A DNA stretch of 63,040 bases, filler included, from Octopus bimaculoides (Eukaryota): assembly GCF_001194135.2 (NCBI RefSeq). It is 5 parts of 4 records of this genome, joined end to end, with 100 filler letters (N's around TTAATTAATTAA, not from the genome) between each part and the next. Parts side by side here need not be neighbours in the genome. Positions count along the whole stretch, not along the records: positions 49,694 to 58,267 come from NC_068999.1; positions 58,368 to 63,040 come from NC_068983.1; 3 more parts are not named here. One strand, given 5' to 3'. Every line of letters starts with the position of its first letter. Within the stretch, counting starts at the first letter, position 1. The notes beneath the pieces were generated by a model. It did not search any database. It was not told the origin of the DNA and saw only the letters and a program-made list of their open reading frames with translations. The translations under genes were made by a program, and so were the position numbers. Shown piece after piece: positions 52,621 to 63,040 of the stretch.

Positions 52621-53769
52621 TCAAGTGGAAGGTTAAAAAAAAAGAGAAGGACATGTAGTAGAAGTGGTGGATGAGAAAGATGATGATGTTATAATCTTTA
52701 AACACTTCATTACACCGGTGAAAAGAAGAGGGTGGAAAACGCAAAAATAAAAACTAAAGTCAGTTCATTTTCTTTTTTGAACTGAATCAAGCAAAGAAGT
52801 ATAACTGTGAAAAATAAGAAAAAACAAAATATAAGCAAAAGACGCATAATATAATACACCGCATCGAAGCAACGAAACACAGAGCAATGTAGCAGAAGAT
52901 GGCTTTCCATGTGTATTGATGAAGCATGAAATACAGCTGCAGAGAAGGTCTACCGTGGTTTACAGGTGAATGACATTGAAGACAATTAGATATGTTCTGT
53001 TTCCCGCTTCCTGTTAATTCACATTCCTATTACACAGATGGGTCCATTGGAATGGAATCAACGAAGAATTTCTAACTATAATTACAACCAGTGATGCTGA
53101 TTTTAAACGAAGCAGTCAATAAGAGAAGAATGAGTGAACGGAATAGCATCGGTGTAACCATTAATTACTTTCAAATATTATAATTAGCTTGACATGTTGA
53201 GAATGAAATGGATTTAGAGTTATGGATTTTAAATAATTTTAAATATTGTCTATGGATAGCACAACTAAGAGGAATTTTAATTTAATGTCGACAAGGATTT
53301 GTGGGATAGCTTTTGTTGGCAAAATCAACGAAGACATCAACTAGTAATTATGTAAGAAGACAATGCGTCAGTGTTCCATTAGAATAATTCTCATACTTGT
53401 GTTCAAAACAGTGTGTTACTTAAATACGTGCAATATAGTTTAATGGATGCATAGAGTAATGAATGATAATTCGTTGATACAACACATCTGCAACACAAAG
53501 ATATCAGTCATTGAATCTAAATCACTACTACATCACCAGTATTTCCAAACTAATAAATCAGCCTCTACCCATTCGCAAAATACCTAGAAATAGTATCTAC
53601 ATTTCCTCAAATATTACTCTCCTGTCTTAAGAAAGGAAGACACACTTTCTAATACGAAGTACCGAATATGTATTCTCTCAACCAGTGAGGATTGGAAGAA
53701 TACATATATCCGGTACTATTTGTAAGGTCATAAGTGGATCTGGACATGTGACGTCAATATTATATTTTG

Positions 53770-53960
53770 ATCGACGGCAGCTGGTAGAATGATTAGTACG
53801 CGGAGCAAAATGCTTAGCTGCCTTTTATGCGTGTTTATGTTCTCAGTTCAAATTCAGCCGAAGTAGACTTTGCCTTTCAAGTTTCAATCAGACATTTGAG
53901 TCGGTGTAAACGACTTAACCCATCACACGTGATTGCCGGCAATGTGCTAAAATATGAATC
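53770..53960 (+). mobile_element. degenerate SINE family B
   Basis: AAAATGCTTAGC...TTCTCAGTTCAAATTCAGCCGAAGTAGACTTTGCCTTTCA. Confidence 0.8.
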
Positions 53961-55872
53961 CGATATATTTTAATTGCATTTGTTCATCACATTACAAATG
54001 TAGTGGATGTTACTTCTATAATATATTAAAGGTGAAACTAAAACACCCTTAATTCTGCGGAAGTTTAGATTCACAGACGCATTAATATATGGTCATATGT
54101 GGTTTTGATAATAATTTTATATAATTATATATGTGGTAAATGTAAACATCATGTTGTAGCGAGACAAGAAAGATCAATTTTGGTGTTGTGGCATCGTTCA
54201 GTTGCGCTGTGGAAGATTCCAGGCAATCAGAGATGGTGGCATTTTAATAAAATGGTAGTGATCTGCCTTAACAGAAAGAACTTACTACAGCTGAGAAGCG
54301 GCAGTTCCAAACCAGTTGCAGATTTGACCGCATAGAAGCAAAATCGCATTCTTTGACATGTCACATTTTCTGTGACCATCACCAACTGCACGCAACTTAC
54401 TTGATTAATATCAGCTTCCACTGCTTCACGTAATCCATCAATGTATATAGTAAGTCATGCGAGTTTTCCTCTCTCGCATACACATATATTTGGTTCCCAT
54501 CCACATGCATGATTAATAATTGTTACCATTTGCTAGCACTCATTACACTACTGAATTAATTACAGGGCTTTTATTTTATAAATTTGCCTTCTGAATATTC
54601 TTTATTCATGCCTCTTTAAGAAATAATTGAAAATGGATTCTTTCTATGAACAGTCTTCTAAAAATAACTACACACATTATATTACAACTCTAACACGTTA
54701 CACACAGAAGATATTGCATCCGATTTACATTAGTGACTCGTCATCGAAATATTTCTTCAGGAAATATCTCCCCAAAACCCTACTTTTGTAGAACAATGCT
54801 GAGCAAAGATGAGCTAAAATTGTGTACGGTTAACATGTCAAGGTTGTCTATTTGTTTTTGGGTTTCAAAGATGAACCTCTTGTGGTATTCTTCAGGTAAT
54901 GGCTTCATTTATTCACTTCTAAACCAAATGGATGTATTTCTTTTTCAATATGGCTTTCGACCTTCTACTTCACGCGTAACCGTGTGGTGCCTTACACATG
55001 CGCAGTCGGACTCGCTTCGATTTGAATTTCCCGCTCGTCGCCATGACTGTAAAATTTGGCCCTGCTATACGTTATACTGTTTACTGGATTTGTTTATTAG
55101 ATTAAGAGATGAATAAAAGAAAACAAAACGTGGATTAATTATTCTTTTTAGCCATACTTGTGATTTCTTTTCTAAGAGAACAGTTCTGGCAACATTTTGC
55201 AAATTTGTGCGTGTTGGATTTCTTTCACCAGTATGAATTACCCTGCTTTACCAACCTTCAGTGGTGATCTTAGAGTTTGGTTCGCACAAATGGAGGCATT
55301 AACTCAAAGCAGCAAAAGCTACTCATTTTGTTGAGCAACATTCATTCTTCCTTGGCGGTTTATTTGAAAGATTTAATCAAGGATACACCTCAAGTGGAGA
55401 ATACCTCAGGAGAGAATACGTTGTGGTTCGTAATGAATAACATGTAAAATTTAGTAAAGTGTTTCGATAACTGTAACTTTGTAAATATGAGTGTGTGTGT
55501 GTGTTTGTGTGCGTGCGCGTGCGCGTGTCTGTATGTGTGCATGTGCGTGCGTGTGGGCGGGGAGAAGAAAATCCACTGTATTTGTTTAGAAATAAACGAT
55601 GAGCAATGAGCAGTAGTAGATTGAGTGAAGTTAGTAACCAGTTAATCTAGTAGACGGGTCCCCATCTTAGTTAGGGGAGTCGATGGACAATCATGCTGTC
55701 GTGAGCAAGTCCCCGAAATAGTACTCATTCTCCTGCTGAACGCATTACATTTTGTAGTATCCATTATGCGGAGCATTCGGCTGGTAACATTTTAATCTAC
55801 AAGTCGTTTTCTGTTATGTATGTGTATGTTTGTGTGTGCGTGCGCGCGCGAGCGTGTGTACTGCTTGTATAT

Positions 55873-55990
55873 AGGCTAGTTGTTAGTGCGTTGCACACAT
55901 GATCATCACTAAATCAGGAATCCTATTCCCGATTCGTGCGGCGCGTTGTGATCTTGGGAAAACATTTTCACTTTGTTCTGCAATCATATC
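55873..55990 (+). mobile_element. degenerate SINE family C head
   Basis: GGCTAGTTGTTAGTGCGTTGCACACATGATCAT...GCGTTGTGATCTTGGGAAAACATTTTCAC, similar to 6730-6850. Confidence 0.55.
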
Positions 55991-56275
55991 GACATGTGAT
56001 TTCTGGCAAGCTTGTACTAAACTACAGGTAATGTCGATTTGATAGAGAGTTAGTGTTTATGTGAATACAAACAGTTCATCACTATAAAAAATTCATAAGT
56101 GTAATAGTTCAGTAAGAAATGTGCCAAAATCACCCGTCATCTTCGCCTTATGCTCAGGTAAAAATAAAACAATTTTACATCATTGTGATGGCCTATTCTA
56201 TGCATTTGCAGAGAGCAATTTCATTGTTCTTATGTAAGAGTTTTCTTGACAGTTTCAGCCAGCTACAGCATCGAA

Positions 56276-56344
<69 letters not shown>

Positions 56345-56919
56345 TGCATTTATATATGTACGCATGTGTGTGCGTGTGTTTGTGTGTATCTGTGTGTGTC
56401 TGTGTGTGAGAGTGTGATTGTGGGCGCATGCGCTTGTGTGTATAAACTACAATATTATATTTTGGGCGCGAATTTAATGTACAAAATCTTGCATTGGACT
56501 ATTATCTTAATTAATCTCCCTTCGTTAACCGTCAAACGAAAATTTGCAACTCATTTGTTGAAATGCATTTGGCTCGTTGACCAATTTACGTCTGACTTTT
56601 TTTTTTTTTTTTGAAATTTATCTTTCCAGGTGAATTCTGCGCTTAAATATCGATGCCAAAATCAATTTATTCTCCCATAGAATTTTTGCTTCCTAAATTC
56701 AAAATATGCGCCTTTAACTTTTTGCTAATACACCGTGGTGTTACATGCACGAATAAGTTTCATTTGTACATTGATCTGTATTTTGCAGTAATACCTCCAT
56801 TTCATCTTTATTCTATTGCCTCACCCAACTCTAAAGCTTGAGGCGCCCATTGTCACCGATTTAACCATGTATGTTGTTATATATTAACATGAATGTGTTT
56901 CAAAACCATATTTCAGTTT

Positions 56920-56982
56920 AATACCATGACTAATGAATTGCATAATACCATGACTAATACCATGACTAATGAATTGCATAAT
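56920..56982. repeat. short tandem duplication (ATACCATGACTAATGAATTGCATA x2 with a partial unit)
   Basis: Direct reading. Confidence 0.85.
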
Positions 56983-58207
56983 GTTTCTATGGAAACGTGT
57001 AGTAGTGCAGGCATTGGTTACTTCTTTATTAATATGTTAATTGTTTTCTCGTGAGATATTTCATAAAACTATTTACCGATGCTACCTTACTCGATTTTAG
57101 TCTATCCAGCACCCATGAGAGGGAAATATTGTCAAATGACAATATACAGTCATGTCCAAACACATTCCTGCCCATTTGAAGTCTTACATTATGTCACAGT
57201 TGTTCGATAATTGATATTGACAGACAGATAAGTCTTTAAAGCGTTTGTTTTCCTGTTCTAGAAACAGATTTTTGCATCTTGAGAGAGTCATTCTCATTAA
57301 GTGTCTTATTTTGGGGTTTTCCTTAGCCTTTAAGAAAAAAATCAAGTTTGTTTTATTGCGGGCAACATGAAAGGTAAATAAGTAGAAAAACATTTTGAAA
57401 TTCAAAACAAAAGAATGGGAAACTACCTCTCAGTAAGAAACATGAACGATGCATTACATAATTAAGGAAAAGAAAAGCGAAATACATATTCTTTAAGCAT
57501 AACACCACAAAAATGAAGTATCCCTGATCATGAATTCAGTATGTATCGCTGTAAAGATATTTAGTAAAGAAAGATTTTTTTTTTCTCTCGTGTTCCACAA
57601 GTTCTATTGTGATTTATTAAGAAGAACTAAGAAATGATATACGGTACTTGGTAATTTCTGTTTTTTTTTTCTTTCTTTGGAGTTTTTCTAGATTGAAATA
57701 ATATTCTACGCTTACTGTTGTGCTTGTTTCTACCCAATTATTCCAATTATTGATTGCGTGATTTCTTGCGTCTTTCTATATGGAGCTACTGGGATGACTA
57801 AACTAAATAAGTAAGTATTTGGGAGCAACAGCACTTCAAGTGAACACAAATGTCAAGGAACTTTAATCACGCATCGCTTGCACTGTCCTCTTATGTCGCA
57901 GCGAATCAGGGCTGGCACTCAAAATACAGTTGTATCGCATGTTTTTTCGTGAAATGCGATGACAGCAGTATCAAAGGTGAATACATCTGTGGCCTTGGGC
58001 AAAAAAAAAACATATCTAAAATCATATCTATGTAGACTTTGCCTCCGATGTCCTTCCTATGGTCTTCACAGTAACGAACTTGGAATGAGCAAGAATCAGC
58101 TGCATGCCTGGCTTGAGTGAAATCCTCGCCGAACATGCACTTCTTCCCGGTCGTATAAGATTCAAACATGACTTTCATTCAGAAACGTTTCGGGCCAAAG
58201 TGTCAAA

Positions 58208-58267
<60 letters not shown>

Positions 58268-58367
58268 NNNNNNNNNNNNNNNNNNNNNNNNNNNNNNNNN
58301 NNNNNNNNNNNTTAATTAATTAANNNNNNNNNNNNNNNNNNNNNNNNNNNNNNNNNNNNNNNNNNNN
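58268..58367. other. artificial scaffold joiner
   Basis: N44-TTAATTAATTAA(58312-58323)-N~44. Confidence 0.9.
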
Positions 58368-58408
<41 letters not shown>

Positions 58409-58849
58409 TATGCGTATATTATATACACACACACACACACACATTGTATATATGTGTATATTATACACACACACACACACATTGTATATATGCATACATA
58501 CACACACATGCATATATAGGTACAGGACGTCACCAAAGGTAAACAACATGAATAGGAGAACAAATGAGTTCAATATGCAAACAACGAGAGAAACAAATGG
58601 AAAACAGGACAAATAACATAAAGAATGACCCTTCATCAGTTGTCGGCTGTCCATCTGCTCCTCATTTCGAGCATTGAACGATATTGTCTCTTGCACACAA
58701 GCAAACATGAAATCGCTTTTTCCTTATTTCGTAACTAACCAAGGTATCTTACTCTCAACTTCGCTTTTAAACAAATGCTGTATACGACAACTTATTATAA
58801 CAGATTCAGAGCTTTTATAAGTTTGTATGCGTTCAATTATCTCCGGACA

Positions 58850-59790
<941 letters not shown>

Positions 59791-60422
59791 CCACGTGTGT
59801 ATGTATGCACATGCACACACAAATTTTTGTTTTTACGTTAATCCGATGGGTTACTCAATACTTTTTGTAGAGTACAAATTCATTATTCTTAAGCGAGAAT
59901 ATTAATTACAGTAACTTCGAAGTTTCGGCCACTAAAGCCATCGTCCCATATATATTCAGTCCCGTAAACCTAGTTGGTCCACGATGCTCCCTTACTTTTC
60001 CACCACGCACGGCTGTCCGATTTATAATGCCTTGTCCCAGACTTCCCAACCTTATCCCCTCCGCCCCTGGAACACCGCTTATTCCTAATATCCATACCCT
60101 CCACTACACTTAACATTTCAAGGCAAATCATTCGGGTTTTATTTATCGTGACTCTTTACTTTATGAGCTCAAATCCTACCCATATTCCTCTTGCATTTTA
60201 TTTTTCCATGGTCAATAAAATAAAGTATCTGTGAAGGGTCAGGTTAAATAGTATTGATTTCCCCACCCCTTAATATTTCTAACCTTGTACCCAAATTAGA
60301 AACAATATATACACGTATGTTTTCCCTAAACACCCAGTTTTGTTAAATATAAGCGATAACCCTCACAAAAACGTTCTGTAATAAGTGACAAGAAAGTATA
60401 TTTTATGCAGTTGAATGATCTG

Positions 60423-61100
60423 TTAGAAACAACAGCCAAATATCCCTCAATCCACATCCTCCCGTCGTGAATCAGAACAAGAGATATGTTATATAATGCA
60501 GTTTTACGTTTAAAAAGCTGCGACGGTCACAATTGGAACGCGTTTGATTATAATTCTGTTAGATCTGACTTAGGATTAAAAACACAGCATGATGTGAATG
60601 ACTGTGTGAGCTCAAGTAGCTAGAAATAGCAGTCAAATCGCCCTAAAATCACGAACTGCTGTCTGAAATAAAGAAAGAAAATTTTCTATGCTGTCTTACA
60701 GTCGTTTGAAAGGACGGGATGGTCACAGTTGGAAAAAATGGCTAGAACAGCAGTTAAATCGCCTCATTAATCACAGTTCCGTCATGAAAATATGAAAGAC
60801 GCATTGAAAGATGAAGACCGAGGAGATATTAAAAATTATACAAAGACATCAGGGATGTCACGGTTGGGACGTCTTGGATCATAGTCCTACTAGAGCAGTA
60901 TTGTCCTGGGGCTGAAAAACATGAGGAAGATGATGTCCATACGGCTAAAAACAGCTGTCAAATCACCCTAAAATCATTTACTCCCATCACAAAAAAAAAT
61001 GGAAGGAGATGAAATAATGTAGACACGAAATCTAAAAACAAAAAAAACAATAAAAGTCAACACGAAAAGGTGGTCGCGGTTGGAACCGTTTTGATGATAG
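60423..61100 (+). repeat. four diverged head-to-tail copies of one interspersed repeat
   Basis: Unit starts (T/C)TAGAAA(C/T)AGCAG.CAAAT...CCCT.AAATCAC near 60423, 60620, 60742 and 60945. Each is followed by a GGTCAC.GTTGGAAC-like motif near 60526, 60721, 60857 and 61072. Confidence 0.75.
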
Positions 61101-61235
61101 TTCTGCTCCAACACTTCTACGTTGGAATTAATAATAATAACGTGAGTTGTTAATCAATATTGATTACATTTCGATTATTAAATTACATTGATTGGAAATG
61201 TTTTACAATATTCTGCTTGGCCATCACTGCTTTTC

Positions 61236-61239
<4 letters not shown>

Positions 61240-61272
<33 letters not shown>

Positions 61273-61497
61273 ACCCTAGGACATTCTTGGTACACCTCGA
61301 CAGTAATCGTTAGGCGTTCCATCCCCGTGACGATCCTGTTAAAGTGTGTGCGTGTGTGTATGTGTATGGTGTGTGTGTGTGTGTGTCTGTGTGTATGTAT
61401 GGTGTGTGTGTGCGGATATATATATATATATATATATATAGTCAATATATATATGTATATATGTATATACAGATATGTACATGTGTATATATATATT

Positions 61498-61532
<35 letters not shown>

Positions 61533-61759
61533 ATACGTGTGTGTATAGTTATATATGTATATATAGATATGTATATATATATATATATATATATGTATAT
61601 GTATACATGTATGTATAGTTATAATATATATGTATATGCAGATATGTACATGTGTATATATATGGGTGTGTGTGTGTATGCATATAGTATATACATATGT
61701 ATACGTGTGTGTATAGTCATAATATATATGTATATACAAATATGTACATGAATATATAC

Positions 61760-61811
<52 letters not shown>

Positions 61812-62125
61812 TATACATATATACATATATACATGTATGTATTTATGTACGTAATGTCACAGTTATAAGATAGACGTGTCTGCTATTTCTAGCAGCAGAA
61901 ACTACATTTATTGTTGCTCTCGTTGTGGCCGAAAAGATCCGCTGTTGTTGCTGTTGTTACGCATGTTTATGCTCATATTCAACTCTGACCGAAACAGATC
62001 CACGTCAAACCACGTTCCAGATACGACCATCACGAAACGTATTAGTTAGCAAATAAGTCGTTACTCATTTTAAGCGCTAAACGGTGTGATTTGAGGGAGA
62101 TTTGACTTCTATTTCAAGCATATGC
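61240..62125 (-). repeat. two minus-strand pieces of the same repeat (61240-61338, 61940-62125) separated by a TA/GT microsatellite
   Basis: GTGTGATTTGAGGGAGATTTGACTTCTATTTCAAGC at ~62085 is the reverse complement of the unit start. GTTGTTTAACCCTAGG...CGTTCCATCCCCGTGACGATCC matches the unit tail. Confidence 0.6.
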
Positions 62126-62751
62126 CAGAGTATTAAGCTTATGTAAGATGATAGAAGAAACACAGAGATACTAGGATTACAGAAAATGCAATCTGTGCGA
62201 CCATACTGGAGCTGTAATGGAATAATATGCCGTCCATGATTTATAATACGTTACGGCATTTGAACATTTCGTTTCGTCTTCGTTTGCAAAATGGCGTGTA
62301 TTTACAATGTTACATACGCCTGTAATCACACACACGTACAATTACACACACACTCACACACATGTACAATAACACACACACTCAAACACACGTACAATTA
62401 CACACACAAACACACACACACACATACAGAAAAAGAGAGCAGAGGAGAGAGACAGAAAGACAGACAAACAGAAGATATAGACGGATAGGTTATATGTACG
62501 TGTGAATATACATATAAATACGTATACGTTTGTGTGCGTGTGTGTGTGTGTGTAGACGCAGGTACATTTGTGAGTCTGTATATGTATGTTTCAATGCAAT
62601 ATGTCTGTGTGTATATATGTCTGTATGTATATATGTATGCATGTGTGTATGTACGCCTGTCCATATGTATGCAAGTGTGTATAATATAGTCTTTAATTTT
62701 TAATAATTCGAATGCTATTCTTTATGTGATATTCAGTATTTTTTCTGTAAC

Positions 62752-62787
<36 letters not shown>

Positions 62788-62909
62788 GTATATGTCGGTA
62801 CGCATACATCGCGCATATGCAACAGTATATGCGTGTGTGAACATGTATATATATATATATTATTTAGAGATGCATAAATACGTACATATGTATTTATTTA
62901 TTTATTTAT

Positions 62910-62952
62910 GTGTTTCAGCCAAGTGGCTGCGGTCATGCTGGTGCACCACCGT
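62910..62952 (-). mobile_element. SINE family A 3' tip
   Basis: TGTTTCAGCCAAGTGGCTGCGGTCATGCTGGTGCACCACC. Confidence 0.7.
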
Positions 62953-63040
62953 GATTTTCACGTTCCTTGCATGGCTCTTCTCCCCCACCTGACATGGTCC
63001 AATCAAGAGTTATAATGTACATATATATATAATGTGTGTA

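Noticed and set aside
52912-52945. TTGATGAAGCATGAAATACAGCTG, echo of a Penelope hammerhead tail
   Set aside because: No helix II, and the cleavage triplet is lost.
57906-58215. 90-aa minus ORF and the nearby GGCCCGAAACGTTTC motif
   Set aside because: No recognisable homology. The hammerhead-like piece lacks the 5' arm of helix II and helix I.

Overview
AT-rich, microsatellite-saturated eukaryotic non-coding DNA. The SINE families and repeat spectrum look like a coleoid cephalopod (Octopus-like) draft assembly; this is inference from recalled repeat sequences, not a database hit. About 5 kb is N-gaps, and four gaps carry an artificial N44-TTAATTAATTAA-N44 joiner. No host protein-coding gene can be supported: nearly all ORFs in the track are microsatellite or N read-through. 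Recognisable content is decayed mobile DNA: several tRNA-derived SINE families, RTE and R4-like (RLE) LINE fragments, hAT (Charlie/GTF2IRD2-type), mariner and Tc1-like transposase relics, a possible Helitron helicase relic, MITEs and long fold-back palindromes. The stand-out is a ~300-nt, ~51% GC structured island at 16681-16974. It contains an apparently intact, tertiary-stabilised type I hammerhead ribozyme with a rare U3-A8 core (UUGACAA) on the + strand and the 3' two-thirds of a second, Schistosoma-like hammerhead on the - strand. This makes it a candidate retrozyme or ambisense viroid-like element. Three degenerate Penelope-type minimal hammerhead relics lie elsewhere in the window.
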